From Ostreococcus lucimarinus (Eukaryota): a stretch of 64,000 nt of DNA. A program made the position numbers and the translations under genes. The stretch lies in the NCBI GenBank assembly GCA_000092065.1, contig CP000587.1; one strand, 5' to 3'. The notes beneath the pieces were generated by a model, which was not told the origin of the DNA, ran no database searches, and saw only the letters and a list, made by a program, of their open reading frames with translations. Shown piece after piece: positions 39,461-50,645 of the stretch. The first letter of the stretch is position 1. Each line of letters begins with the position of its first letter.

Positions 39461-40669
39461 CTACGGTCCGGGCGATGCGGACGACGACGAAGACGGCGTC
39501 GCGGCGGTGTCGGACGAAGGCTTTGCGGATTTACGGTCGCGGCGGCGATCCGCCGGCGGCGGCGACGGCGGACCGGCGCGCGAGCGAGCGCCGCGATCTT
39601 GACACCAGCAGTAGAATCGAGTCGTGTGCGCGGCGCCATCGTGGTCGACGGTGCGACGTAAGAGCTCGATACCGGCGTTGGGGTCGCTCGTGGCGTCGTC
39701 GGGGACGACGACGGGGCGGTCCTTGAGCGTGATGTCGAACCAGCGCTTCGCGACGCCGTGATCTCTGCGCTTCGCGGCTTGGTACAGGCGCATGGAGATT
39801 CTGGCGTCGACGCAAGGGTCGTGCGCCTCACCTTCTTCTTGAATTTTCTCTCCCAAGAATTGCTCGGCGAGCGCGCGAAGCTTGAACGGCAGGTGCGTGT
39901 GGCGAAGATAGAGTGGAAATTGCGCCGTGTCTCGCCGCATTCCCTTCTTCCATTTGATGTCCAATACCTCGAGATCGTGCTCGACGGAGTGACCAATCAA
40001 CAAGTGCTTGACACCGACGTGCTCTCGTCGAGTCTGAACCGCCTTGCCGAGCAAAATTTGCACCACTATCGCTCTCACGCGCTCGAGCGACGGCGCGTCG
40101 GCGAGCTTCTCTGGCGTCGCCCCCGTCAATTCTTCTCGATAATCCGTGACTTCTTCCCCGGGATTCACCCAAGTGTGAAGTAATATCTCACCACTAGATC
40201 CTACAACGCACACGCGCGCGCACGCGTGTTTTTCACCCGCCTCACCGACGCCCACGAATTCGCAATCGAGCGCCACGCACGGCCAGTCGTCCACGTCGTC
40301 GTCCGCGTCCTCCGTCTCGCGAAAGATGCACGCGTGACTCGCCGTCGCCTCATCATCTTGAAATATTTCATAGCACCTCTCACACCCTGCCCGCTTATAC
40401 GCCTCCGCACACGACGCCTTGGGCAAATTCCCGACCAAATGTTGTCTCAGCGTGTCGTACGACGGAAAGTGTCGTCCGCACGCGTTGCACACGGCGTCGT
40501 GCGCGCTGTGCTGCACCAGCTTCCAGTGCGCCTCCAACGCGGTCGAATCCGCAAAGAATTTATGACAACACGCGCACGGTTTCTTCTGCGTCCGTTTCGT
40601 CGCCACTTTAAGTCCACACGCACCGAAATGACTCGACACCTCCGCCACCGTCGCGTCCGCGTCGCCCAT
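39461..40669 (-). CDS. C2H2 zinc finger + DEDDh 3'-5' exoribonuclease (REX4/ISG20-like)
   Basis: VALDCEFVGVG (Exo I), HSVEHDLEVL, HDPCVDARISMRLY (Exo III with H). N-terminal C2H2-like fingers. ATG verified at 40667-40669. Confidence 0.7.
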   Translation of the reverse strand: MGDADATVAEVSSHFGACGLKVATKRTQKKPCACCHKFFADSTALEAHWKLVQHSAHDAVCNACGRHFPSYDTLRQHLVGNLPKASCAEAYKRAGCERCYEIFQDDEATASHACIFRETEDADDDVDDWPCVALDCEFVGVGEAGEKHACARVCVVGSSGEILLHTWVNPGEEVTDYREELTGATPEKLADAPSLERVRAIVVQILLGKAVQTRREHVGVKHLLIGHSVEHDLEVLDIKWKKGMRRDTAQFPLYLRHTHLPFKLRALAEQFLGEKIQEEGEAHDPCVDARISMRLYQAAKRRDHGVAKRWFDITLKDRPVVVPDDATSDPNAGIELLRRTVDHDGAAHTTRFYCWCQDRGARSRAGPPSPPPADRRRDRKSAKPSSDTAATPSSSSSASPGP

Positions 40670-40869
40670 CCTTATCTGCTCGATTCGTCTCTCACGCGCC
40701 CTCTCCCGCGCTCGACCGCGTCTCGCGCGTCCGCGACCGCGCCGTCGCGCGCGTGCGCGTTCGACGCGTCTCCTCTCTCTCGCGCGCGCCGATCGACCGC
40801 GCGGTCGCGTCGCGCGGCGTCCGTTCGCGCGCGGTCGCGTCGCCGATCGGTCACCGGCGCGCTCGGCGT

Positions 40870-40891
40870 CGCGCGCGCGCGCGCGCGCGCC
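40870..40891. repeat. (GC)11 alternating purine-pyrimidine tract in divergent promoter
   Basis: gcgcgcgcgcgcgcgcgcgcgc read directly. Potential Z-DNA former. Confidence 0.7.
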
Positions 40892-41111
40892 CGCGCGTCG
40901 GCGCCGCGCGGGCGTGCGCGTCGACGGCGACGCGACGGGACGCCGACGACGCCGACGACGCGCGCGCGCGCGTCAACGAATGCGGACCCGCGACGTGCTG
41001 TCGCCGTTCGGTCGAACAATCCGCAGAGCGCGACGACGCGTCCGCGCGACGCGAGACGAGTCGCGCGCGAAGAGACGCGCGCGAACGATCGCGCGCGAAG
41101 AGACGCGCTCG

Positions 41112-43562
41112 ATGACGTCGGCGATGCGGGACGCGAAGGCGTCGCTGCGTGACTTTTCGAGCGACGATTTCGATCGCGTGCGGTGGATTAACGAGCAAAC
41201 GCGCGCGCGAATCGGCGACGCGGGAGGGAGCGGGCGCGACGCGACGGCGCGGGATGGATCGGCGGTGGTGGCGCGCGCGGTCGGAGAGGGGACGCGAGGG
41301 ACGAGCGCGTCGCCGTTGGAACGATTTTTGGCGGATTTGGAACTGCAGCTGCAGTTGCTCGGCGAAGATCTGTCGATGTCGCTGGAAGAGCGCTCGCGCG
41401 AGGGTGTCGCGCGCGTGCCCAAGGCGGTGAAGGAGATAGAAGTCGTCGAGGGGCGGGTGAAGCGTCTGCACGAGGAAGTGCGAGGGATATTGGATCGATT
41501 GGACGAGGTGGAGTCGGAGTCGCGCGCGAGCGTGGAAGCGCTGCGACAGCTCGACGCGGCGAAACAACGCATGGAGAGCGCGCGAGAGACGCTGCAGGAG
41601 GCGAATGGACTAGCAGATTTGATGGCGAGTGTGGACGGGATCTTTGCGAGCGGGAATATTCGTAACATGTCCGAGTCGTTGGCGCGGATGAAGCGCGGTT
41701 TAGCCGTCGTGGGCGACGTGCCAGAATTCGCCGACGGGCAAGACAAGGTGAACGCGTTCGAGCACAAGCTCGAGGCGATCGTCAGACCGGCCTTGATCAC
41801 GGCGTTGGAGTCACAAAACAGCACGGCGGCTCGCGAACATCGCGACGTGTTGCGCACTACCGGCCGCGGTTCGGCGTTGGAGAGCATTTATGCGGACACG
41901 CGCGTGACGTCTCGCATGCTCAAGCAGTGGAAGTCGCGCGAGCGCGATGCGACGACGACTGACGCTGGGAGGCTGGACGCTTCGGTGCATATGATCGATG
42001 AATTCTTGAAGTATTGCGCCACCGCTCTCAAAGAGGAGATATCTTGGTGCTCGAGTACGTTCCCCGAAGACGCCGTGCTTTTGATTCCGTTGTCTTGGTG
42101 TTCGCTTCACACCACGCTCGAAACGTCCATCACGGAGAAGCTCAGCTCGCTAACGCTCGAGCAACTCGTCTCGGCTCGAAATTCGTTCCAAACGTACGTC
42201 GAAGACGTTGGGATAGCGTTTACAAAACTCGCCGGCGACGCTGCAGCGCACGCGAACGCCGACGCCGTCAAGGGCGCCATCGGCGACGCGTTGATGGCGA
42301 TTGTCGAGCCTTTCATCGCGGTTGAGCAGCGTTTCGGCCAGCTCGCGCTTGCAGACATACGAACTACTTTAGATTCTTCGGTAAACATCCCTGAGGCACA
42401 GTCTATTGCGACGTCGGACGACTTGACCGCAGTTATACAAAGCGTGCTCGCCACGCTGCCGAAAGCCATCGACGTCTTCGGCGTCGTCATAGACAGATGC
42501 GAGGCGATTACCGCTGGCGTTGAGACGATGACTTGCATTCATGCGATTGAAAGTGGAATGGAACACTACGTCGATTTAGTCGCGCTCGTCCTTCGTGACT
42601 TGAGAAACGCGGCCGGTTTGATTGACTCGACCGCGACGAACATGAACTCAAACACGACTTCCGCGGGCGAAGAATTCATCAGAGGATCGCTCAGTATGCT
42701 GGACATGATCAACGCCATCCCGAACGCACTGTTAGATTTCGAGTCCGATCTACGTGCAAAGCTTCTGAAGCTTCGAGCGACGCTGCGACCGGCTTTGGAT
42801 GTTACTTTGGAGCTTGGTGACGGACCAAAAAGCCGTACGCTCCTCGGTTTGAGCATCGCGGCGCACGCGGCGCGATCACGAAAGTTGGCCACGTTCCTTG
42901 ACAAGGTGGCGGATGCCGCGGTGAAGCACTCGCTCGATGGATCCATAATTCCGGTCGGTGCTGAGCACATGAACGCTCTGACTAGATCACTCGAAAAATT
43001 CGTGTACGACACTCTCCTCGGGCGGGTGTCGCTCGAACTCAAGGGAATCAGCACGTCTGAGGTTTGGAGCGCCAAACCTGCCGAGAGCGCGTATAAACTC
43101 CCGACGTTTAGCGCTTATCCGCAAGAGCGAATGACGAATGCAGGTGAATATCTGCTTTCATTGCCGCAGCATCTGGATAACATGCACGACGACGACTTGG
43201 CTCGCGCGACGTCGCTTTCGGGCGACTCGAATGCGGCGCAAGAGCCGGCGACTTCCGAGGCGTGGATTGCGAAAATCGCCGAAGCGAGTGCTGAGTTGCT
43301 CTTGAAAGAAGTGCGTGCCATCGCGTCGCTCACCGACCAAGGCGCTGCGCAGTTGTCGGCGGATTTGGAGTATTTTTCGAACATAGTTGCAGCGCTCTCA
43401 CTCGCGCCACCCAGCGCGCTCATCGCCTGGTACAAGTGCGCGAGCGCGCCTCGCGACGAATACGAAGATTTTGCACGCGCTGCGACTTCAGAGGGCATCG
43501 ACGTGCGCGTCGTGCGAGCCGCCGCGGCGACGCGAGGGATTAAGTTAAGTAGTTCTTTGTAA
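41112..43562 (+). CDS. conserved oligomeric Golgi complex subunit 7 (COG7)-like
   Basis: Length and helical-bundle character. C-terminal region (GAAQLSADLEYFSNIVAALSL) resembles COG7. ATG at 41112. Confidence 0.5.
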   Translation: MTSAMRDAKASLRDFSSDDFDRVRWINEQTRARIGDAGGSGRDATARDGSAVVARAVGEGTRGTSASPLERFLADLELQLQLLGEDLSMSLEERSREGVARVPKAVKEIEVVEGRVKRLHEEVRGILDRLDEVESESRASVEALRQLDAAKQRMESARETLQEANGLADLMASVDGIFASGNIRNMSESLARMKRGLAVVGDVPEFADGQDKVNAFEHKLEAIVRPALITALESQNSTAAREHRDVLRTTGRGSALESIYADTRVTSRMLKQWKSRERDATTTDAGRLDASVHMIDEFLKYCATALKEEISWCSSTFPEDAVLLIPLSWCSLHTTLETSITEKLSSLTLEQLVSARNSFQTYVEDVGIAFTKLAGDAAAHANADAVKGAIGDALMAIVEPFIAVEQRFGQLALADIRTTLDSSVNIPEAQSIATSDDLTAVIQSVLATLPKAIDVFGVVIDRCEAITAGVETMTCIHAIESGMEHYVDLVALVLRDLRNAAGLIDSTATNMNSNTTSAGEEFIRGSLSMLDMINAIPNALLDFESDLRAKLLKLRATLRPALDVTLELGDGPKSRTLLGLSIAAHAARSRKLATFLDKVADAAVKHSLDGSIIPVGAEHMNALTRSLEKFVYDTLLGRVSLELKGISTSEVWSAKPAESAYKLPTFSAYPQERMTNAGEYLLSLPQHLDNMHDDDLARATSLSGDSNAAQEPATSEAWIAKIAEASAELLLKEVRAIASLTDQGAAQLSADLEYFSNIVAALSLAPPSALIAWYKCASAPRDEYEDFARAATSEGIDVRVVRAAAATRGIKLSSSL

Positions 43563-43673
43563 CGATTAGCGTTTCGCTTACAGAGCTTGATTTGTTACAA
43601 AGTTCCGAATTCTAGAAGAATGTTGTGGTATTGCGCCGCGAGAGTTCTTGTGTCAACTTCTGAGACTGAAGAA

Positions 43674-45136
43674 TCAGATGACAGTGCCAGCCTTGATCAC
43701 GGCATCCTTGATGACGACAATGATGCCATCGCGGATGATGTAACCTTCGCTTTCGCAATCCTTATCCATGACGCCAGCCTCATTGAGGATTTGGCAGTTT
43801 TCACCAATGCGCGCGTTCTTGTCGATGATGGCTTTGCGAATCTTCGTGCCGGCGCCAATACCGATCGGCGTGCAGCCCGGAAGGCTAGCCGGGTCGCATT
43901 CTTCGAGGCTCTCGTAGTAATCAGCACCCATGACGAGTGTGTCCTCCAAATCACACCCTTCGTTGACCGTCGATCTCAAACCAACCATGACGTTTTTGAG
44001 CTTGGCTTGCTTGATGGTGCAGCCGTCGCCGATCGTGGAGCGCTCGATTTCGCAATCTTGCACCTTGCTCGGCGGCAAGAAGCGAGACTGGGTGTAGATC
44101 GGCGCGTTGCGATCGTAGAAACTGAACTTCGGGTTCGGGTCGTTGCACTCCAAGTTGGCGTGGAAAAACGCATCGACGGTACCGATGTCCTCCCAGTATC
44201 CGTCGTACAAGTGAGCGACCACCTTCATGCCCTTCTGAGCCGCCATCGGGATGATTTCACCACCGAAATCGTTCGCTTCCGGGAAATCATCTTGAAGCAC
44301 CTGCTCCATAGCCTTGGCGTTGAACACGTAGATACCCATCGAGGCAATGTACGGCATTTCCTTGGCGCGTTCCGCGTCCAAGCCTAAGATGGTGGTGTCG
44401 CATTGCATCGCCTTGAGAGCGTCACCCTTGGGCTTTTCGGAGAACTCGATGATGGTGGCGTGTTCGTTAATCTTCATCAAGCCGAAAGAGCTGGCTCGCT
44501 TCTCATCCGTCGGCAAAGCGGCGACGGTGATGTCGGCGTTCTTCGCGCGGTGGTCGCGAATAAACGGACGGTAATCCATGCGGTACAAGTGATCGCCCGA
44601 AAGAATCAAGTATTCCTCGCACCCGCTCTCGGCAAACAACCACAAGTATTGACGAACAGCATCCGCGGTACCTTGGAACCACGCCTTGTTGATCGGGCTC
44701 TGTTGAGCCGCGAGCACTTCGACGAATCCCTGACGCGTGTACGTCCCGATGTTCGTGTTGTACGCCTGGGACAAGTGTCTGTTCAAAGATGCGCTGTTAA
44801 ACTGCGTCAAGCAGTACACCTTGTTGATGTCAGAGTTGATACAGTTCGACACCGGGATATCGATCAAGCGGTAGTTCGCCCCCAACGGCACCGCCGGCTT
44901 CGCCCGCTTCTTCGTCAACGGGTACAATCGCGTCCCCGCGCCGCCGCCGAGAATGATGGACAACACGTTATCCATCGACGCATCGTGTTCCTTCTTCCCC
45001 TCGCTCTTCTCGTGCATCGCCGGCGACGTCGCATGAATCATCACCGCCGCCCGCGTCTCGACGCGTCGAATCGCGCGCGCATTCTTCGCCGCGCCTCTCG
45101 TCTTAATCGCCGCCGTCCCGCGCGCGCTCGCCCGCG
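43674..45136 (-). CDS. glucose-1-phosphate adenylyltransferase (ADP-glucose pyrophosphorylase) small-subunit type, main exon
   Basis: [24 protein letters not shown] and a full NTP-transferase plus left-handed beta-helix C-terminus. The in-frame region upstream of the core is open to an acceptor CGCAG ending at 45137. Confidence 0.9.
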
Positions 45137-45314
45137 CTGCGTTCGTCCAATCGCGATCCCGTCAGTCTTCCATCCTCGTCCCGCCCGCTTCGCGTCCTCC
45201 CGCGCGCGCGTCGCGTCCGCGTCGTCCACCACCGCGCGTTCGCGCGCGCCTCCGACGCGCGCGCGCGTCGTCGCGCGGCCCGCTTCGCGTCATCGCGTCG
45301 CCGCGCGTCGTCGA

Positions 45315-45342
45315 CATCGAATCGAATCGAATCGATCGCGAT
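45315..45342. repeat. (ATCGA)5 pentanucleotide microsatellite inside the proposed AGPase intron
   Basis: atcgaatcgaatcgaatcgaatcgatcg read directly. Confidence 0.8.
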
Positions 45343-45430
45343 CGTTCGTCCCGTCGTCGCGCGTCGAGGCGCGTCGTCGCGCCGCGCCGCGGTCGGCGTC
45401 GATCGTTCGCGCGCTCGTTCGATCGCGCAC

Positions 45431-45551
45431 CCGTCATCGCGCGCGTCGTCGTCGTCGCGCGCATCGTCGTCGCCGTCGAAATGTGCGGCGTCGACGACGC
45501 GCGTCGACGCGCGATATCCGATCGCGCGCGCGCGCGCGCGTCGTGAGCCAC
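45431..45551 (-). CDS. putative AGPase exon 1 encoding start of plastid transit peptide (MAHDARARARSDIARRRASSTPHISTATTMRATTTTRAMT-G)
   Basis: ATG at 45549-45551. Donor GTGCGC after a phase-1 G. Splicing to 45136 restores the AGPase frame exactly. Inferred intron 45137..45430 (294 nt). Confidence 0.45.
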
Positions 45552-45766
45552 TCGTTTCTTGGAACTGGTGATGGGTCTCGGAATGCGTCAAGTACGGGAA
45601 TTCGAGCGTTCGATCTTGGATTTATGCAACGCGCGAAACGTCGCGGGCGACGCGAACCGACTTATTTTAGGCGCGCGGAGGCGCGCGGTTGACTCGCGGG
45701 CGGCGCGCGGCAGAGCGCGGCCGGTGGCGCGCGACGTCGACGGGAGGGATCGAGCGCGCGCGTGAG

Positions 45767-48280
45767 ATGGTCGGACGCGTCGCGGTGTTCGCGCGGGTGC
45801 GGCCGAGGGATGGACGCGGGCGCGAGGAGGACGACGGCGAGGGCGCGGAGGCGGGCGGGGAGGACGGCGACGGCGCGGGACGGCGAGGGGCGTGGATCGA
45901 GGACGGACGCGTGGTGAGCGTGAAATCGACGACGTCGGTGAACGGCGTCACGCGGAGGTTCGCGGTGGACGGGGCGTTCGACGGGAGGGCGACGCAGCGG
46001 GAGGTGTACGCGGAGACGTGCGCGCCGGTGCTCGAGGCGGTGCGGAGCGGGTGTCGAGGATGCGTGCTCGCGTACGGACAGACGGGGTCGGGGAAGACGT
46101 ATTCACTACTGAATGGGGGTGGCGATCGAGCCGAACGCGAGGCGTCGACGAGCGAAGGTGGCAACGGGGGGCCGGGACTCGTGCCGAGAATCGCGGTGGA
46201 TTGTTTCGCGCGAGCGGCGAGCGACGCGAGGCACGCGTACGAGGTGTCGTGCGCGATGGCGCAGATTTATAACGAACAGGTCGATGATTTGGTAGCGAAA
46301 AAATCGGGATTACGTGTCGTTCCCGCGAGCGATGGCTCGGGGTGGGAGATTGAGAACTTATCGTGGACGCCGTGTCGAAGCGCCGAGGACGTTCTCGAGT
46401 GTTTTCGTCGCGGGCGATCGCGATTGGTGTACGCCGAGACGCATATGAACAAGCAGAGCTCGAGATCCCACTGTGTGTTTCAGATGAAAATCGAACGCAT
46501 CGAGCGACCGATCGAGGCGGATGTCGATCGCGACGAGGATGAGGATGAAGACGGAACCGCGCAGCTCGTCGCCGTGGAGAAGCGTCTCGGACTGCTCACC
46601 ATCGTCGACTTGGCCGGAAGTGAGCGACAGAAGAAGACGCAGAACGTCGGCGCGCGATTCAAAGAGGCGTTGAACATCAACACCAGCCTGCTCGCTCTAG
46701 GGAACGTCGTAAGTGCGCTCGCGGCGGGGCACAGGCACATCCCGTATCGTGATTCCACGCTTACGAAAATCTTAGAGCCGAGCCTGAACGGCAAGAGTCG
46801 CACGGTTCTGCTCGTGTGCGTCAGCTCCGAGATCGAGCACGCGAACGAAAGCGCGAATTCGCTCGACTTTGCCACGCGTGCGATGCGAATCGTGACTTCA
46901 CCCGAGGTTCGTTCGTCCTTAGTGGACATGGACCCTCGCAAACTGACGCAACAATTGCGCGGTCAATGCGACGACGAAGCGGTGGCGCGTCTGATGGATG
47001 AAGTCACTTCGCTTCGTCGCGCGCTCGCAAACGCGACGAAAAGTTCGGAGGATGACATTAACGCGATGAAAAAGTCGCGCGATTCGCTTCAACACGAGAT
47101 TTGCAGCGCGAGATTGGCGTTGGAGTCTTCGAAGAGGGCGCTCGAGCAAGCGAAGAGCGAGTCGACGACAAAGACGCGCGAGTTGGATGCGATTGAAAAT
47201 CAGCGTAGCGCGCTCGATTCGCGCGTACGCACGCTCGTGGTAAAGTTGAGCACGTCTTCGAATGAGCTGCAGAACGAGAGAGCAAAGTTCAAAGAGGAAT
47301 CAGCGCGACTTGTGGCGGACGCGCGGAAATTGGACGCGCAATTGAGCGCCGAGCGCGCGTCAGCTTCGCACACGCTCAAGCGCATGGAACATCTCAATAA
47401 GCTCGCGAGCGAGCTGAAGGTATCCAACGATTCCAATATCGTTGAGAACGCCAAGCTTAAAGCCGAAAATGTGCGGCTTCGGTCGACTGTTGGATCGCAG
47501 CGGATGGACAACGCGAGATTGATGCGCAGACACGCGGCGCTCGAATCGAAGCACGCCCTCGTCGTCGCCGAACGCGCCGAGCTCGTGTGCGAGTGCGAGT
47601 CCCTATTCATCGAGAACAAATTCATGGTCGTAATACGTGACGCTCTGGCGGCGGCTTGCGACGCAAAAATATCCGAAATGACTCGACGATATGTCAAGTT
47701 GGATGCGATTCGCGCGAGACATTCCATGGCCCGACGAGCGGCCGCTCGTCGATCGACCGAGCGCACGGCGATATTGATGGCTTTAGAGCGATCGAACAAG
47801 GGCGTATTGAAGCACGTGCGCGACTTAGAGAACCACAGGAGCGCCAGTGACGAGAGATACGCTCGAGAACTCGCGGCAGCGCGCGCCGAAGGCGACGCGC
47901 ATCGTCAGCGCGCCAAAGCCGCCGCGCGACTCCACGCTCTCTCCGCCGACCGTCAGCTCGAGCGAGGTTTAGTCTTAACCAAGCTCGCGCGCAATGGCAA
48001 GCGTTACGATCGACTTGTCCGCGTCGATCCATTCACCGGTGCGCTTGAGGCCGCGCAGTTGCCTCGCCGGTTCAAGAAAATCGCGCCGCGGCGCGCCGCG
48101 AGCGACGGCGCCCCGACCGCCGTCGACCGATCGCCGTCCCTCGCTATGACGCGAGACGACCAGCGCGACGTGGTTTCAATTTCTTTACAGAATCGCACGT
48201 TTGATATCGAGGCCACGCACGGCGCCGACCTCGTGTGGGGTCTCGCCCTCGCTCGCCGGTTTGGCGTTCGCGACGGCTGA
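45767..48280 (+). CDS. kinesin motor protein with long coiled-coil stalk
   Basis: N-terminal motor (GQTGSGKTYSL, SSRSHCVFQ, VDLAGSER) followed by a coiled coil. ATG at 45767. Confidence 0.85.
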   Translation: MVGRVAVFARVRPRDGRGREEDDGEGAEAGGEDGDGAGRRGAWIEDGRVVSVKSTTSVNGVTRRFAVDGAFDGRATQREVYAETCAPVLEAVRSGCRGCVLAYGQTGSGKTYSLLNGGGDRAEREASTSEGGNGGPGLVPRIAVDCFARAASDARHAYEVSCAMAQIYNEQVDDLVAKKSGLRVVPASDGSGWEIENLSWTPCRSAEDVLECFRRGRSRLVYAETHMNKQSSRSHCVFQMKIERIERPIEADVDRDEDEDEDGTAQLVAVEKRLGLLTIVDLAGSERQKKTQNVGARFKEALNINTSLLALGNVVSALAAGHRHIPYRDSTLTKILEPSLNGKSRTVLLVCVSSEIEHANESANSLDFATRAMRIVTSPEVRSSLVDMDPRKLTQQLRGQCDDEAVARLMDEVTSLRRALANATKSSEDDINAMKKSRDSLQHEICSARLALESSKRALEQAKSESTTKTRELDAIENQRSALDSRVRTLVVKLSTSSNELQNERAKFKEESARLVADARKLDAQLSAERASASHTLKRMEHLNKLASELKVSNDSNIVENAKLKAENVRLRSTVGSQRMDNARLMRRHAALESKHALVVAERAELVCECESLFIENKFMVVIRDALAAACDAKISEMTRRYVKLDAIRARHSMARRAAARRSTERTAILMALERSNKGVLKHVRDLENHRSASDERYARELAAARAEGDAHRQRAKAAARLHALSADRQLERGLVLTKLARNGKRYDRLVRVDPFTGALEAAQLPRRFKKIAPRRAASDGAPTAVDRSPSLAMTRDDQRDVVSISLQNRTFDIEATHGADLVWGLALARRFGVRDG

Positions 48281-48385
48281 GCCGCCGCCTCAGCCGCCGC
48301 CTCATTCCCCACCGGTCCTCACCGTCGTGATCGATCGCGTGCGGCGTCGCGTCGCCCGAGTGTGGAACAAACATCGACTCCGCGC

Positions 48386-48802
48386 ATGTCCGGCGGTCGC
48401 TCGCGGTCGCAGAAGCACCAAAACCGCGTGCCGTTCGTCGCCAAGCGGGACATCAAGCGCAACGAGGGCGACCGCGAGCGCGAGCTCGGCCTCCGTAACC
48501 TCGCCCTGCAGAACGTCTGCAAGCGATGTCAGCAAAAGATCGTCTGGCGCTTTCAAATGGGCAAGTATAAAGCGAAGAAACCGGGCACGCGCGGTCGGTG
48601 TAACAAGTGCGAGCAGAAGAGCGTGCGCATGGCGTACCGAAGCCTTTGCGACGCGTGCGGCAAGGCGCACGATTTGTGTCCGGGATGTCAGCACCCACCG
48701 AGCGAGGCGAACGCGAGTCGCGACGTGCCGGAAGCATGCGCGTCGTCCGGCTCAGATTCCGACGCTGAATCGGAACCAGCGTCCGACGGCGAGGAATCTT
48801 AG
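48386..48802 (+). CDS. C9orf85-homolog zinc-ribbon protein
   Basis: SRSQKHQN...CKRCQQKIVWRFQMGKYKAKKPG..CNKCEQKSV...CDACG...CPGC matches the C9orf85 family pattern. Acidic Ser-rich tail. Confidence 0.55.
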   Translation: MSGGRSRSQKHQNRVPFVAKRDIKRNEGDRERELGLRNLALQNVCKRCQQKIVWRFQMGKYKAKKPGTRGRCNKCEQKSVRMAYRSLCDACGKAHDLCPGCQHPPSEANASRDVPEACASSGSDSDAESEPASDGEES

Positions 48803-48867
48803 TCGCCGCCAGGCGAACGCGTGAGTGTAACAAACATCTGTAGAGTAGTCTCCACTTTCCCGCGCGC

Positions 48868-50625
48868 ATGAGACGCGAGAGCAGCCCGTTGCTCGTGGAC
48901 GTCGTCGCGGACGATGATTTAGACGACGACGACCCGACGACGTCGTCTCTGGACGCGCGCGTCACCTTTACGCAGCTGTTATCGCTCGCGAAACGCGAGT
49001 GGGACACGTTACTCTTCGGGACACTCAGTCTGCTCGTTCGCCTGCCGTTCTCGGTGTCGATGCCGCATTTCACGAGCGTCGCGATCGGGGCGTCGATTGA
49101 CGGCGATGAAGCGCGATTTCGCGCCAACGTCACGCGGTTCCTGGTCGTTGGCGTGGTGAACGGAGTTTTAGACTTTAGCAATGTGTTCCTCTTTGCGTTG
49201 GCGCAGAGTCGCGTGGCGAGGCGGTTGCGGAATCGAGCGTTCGCGGCGACGCTGAGGAAAAATATGGCGTATTTTGATGCGAGAACGTCGGGTAAAATAA
49301 ATTCGACGGTGACGAACGATACGAGCGCGGTGAGCGCGAATTTGTCTTGGCTGTTACGCAGCTGCGTGGAAGCGGTCGTCAGGTGCGTCGGTGTCGGCGC
49401 ATATCTTTTGTTTTGGGTGAACTTCGAGCTCGGTGCGTTGGCGCTCGTCGTGATACCGATAACAAGCGTGGTCAATTACTTCTATGGCAAGTTATTGAGC
49501 GCTAACGCAGAGTCAGTGCAAGAGACGTTGGCGAAATCGAACGGCGTGGCGCAAGAAACTATTTCAAACATCGTCACGGTGCGATCGTTCGCGAACGAAC
49601 CGTTTGAACGCAGACGGTTCGGCGATGCCATAGATGAGTGGTACGAGCAGTCGTATCGCGCCGCGCAACTGTCAGGATGGTACTATTCGTTTATGTATTC
49701 GCTCGTGTCGGCGTGTTTCGTGCCGGCGGCAATTCTGTACGTAGGAGGTGGATTCGTCGTCGACGGCTCGATGCACGCCGAAAAGCTCGTTGCGACCATG
49801 CTTTATTCTGCGATTTTACAAGAGTATTTCGGGAATCTTTTGAGCTCTTTTACGAATTTGTTCGCCGCGCGAGGTGCAGCGGCGGAATTGTTCAAAGTTT
49901 TGGCCAAGAACGAGCGAGAAGACGACGACGCGGACAATGGCGCGACGCTACCCATCGACGACGTGAAGGGAGCAATATCGTTTTCAAACGTCTCCTTCTC
50001 GTATCCGACTCGACCGGATATTCCCGCGCTCTCGGGCGTGAGCTTCGATGTGTCGCCCGGCGAGATCATCGGCATCGTTGGTCGGAGTGGTTGCGGCAAG
50101 TCTACAGTGTTCGCACTGCTACAGCGTTTCTACACCGAATTTAGCGGCGACATCACACTCGACGGAGCGCGCATCGAGACGCTCTCGCCGAACTGGCTCC
50201 GGCGTCACTGCTTCGCGCTCGTTGGCCAAGAGCCAGTACTTTTCAACGGCACAATTCTTTCTAACATTGCGTACGCTCGTTTGGGCGCCGGAATCGATCG
50301 GGAGCGTGCGATTGAGTGCGCTAAGACTGCGCTGATCCACGACGTCATCGAAGACGAACTCGGCGGCTACGATACACACGTCGGAGAGCGGGGTTGTCAA
50401 TTGTCAGGCGGCCAAAAGCAGCGCGTCGCAATTGCTAGAGCGTTGTACTCGTCTCCGCGGGTGTTATTATTGGACGAACCCACGAGCGCTCTTGATTTAG
50501 AAGCCGAATCCATCGTTACCGCGGCTTTGCGAAAAGCCGCTCGCGGACGAACAACGATCGTCATATCACACACGCCCGTCGACTCGTTCGTCGACAGAAC
50601 TTTAGAACTCTCCCCTAGAACATAG
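48868..50625 (+). CDS. ABC transporter B-family half-transporter (TMD-NBD)
   Basis: Six-helix TMD then NBD (GRSGCGKST, LSGGQKQRVAIARAL, LLLDEPTSALD). ATG at 48868. Confidence 0.85.
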   Translation: MRRESSPLLVDVVADDDLDDDDPTTSSLDARVTFTQLLSLAKREWDTLLFGTLSLLVRLPFSVSMPHFTSVAIGASIDGDEARFRANVTRFLVVGVVNGVLDFSNVFLFALAQSRVARRLRNRAFAATLRKNMAYFDARTSGKINSTVTNDTSAVSANLSWLLRSCVEAVVRCVGVGAYLLFWVNFELGALALVVIPITSVVNYFYGKLLSANAESVQETLAKSNGVAQETISNIVTVRSFANEPFERRRFGDAIDEWYEQSYRAAQLSGWYYSFMYSLVSACFVPAAILYVGGGFVVDGSMHAEKLVATMLYSAILQEYFGNLLSSFTNLFAARGAAAELFKVLAKNEREDDDADNGATLPIDDVKGAISFSNVSFSYPTRPDIPALSGVSFDVSPGEIIGIVGRSGCGKSTVFALLQRFYTEFSGDITLDGARIETLSPNWLRRHCFALVGQEPVLFNGTILSNIAYARLGAGIDRERAIECAKTALIHDVIEDELGGYDTHVGERGCQLSGGQKQRVAIARALYSSPRVLLLDEPTSALDLEAESIVTAALRKAARGRTTIVISHTPVDSFVDRTLELSPRT

Positions 50626-50645
50626 CGCATCAATCAAAATAGAAT

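Noticed and set aside
44403-45692. 429-aa plus ORF antisense to AGPase and its upstream region
   Set aside because: Arg-rich low complexity. AGPase on the minus strand is unambiguous.
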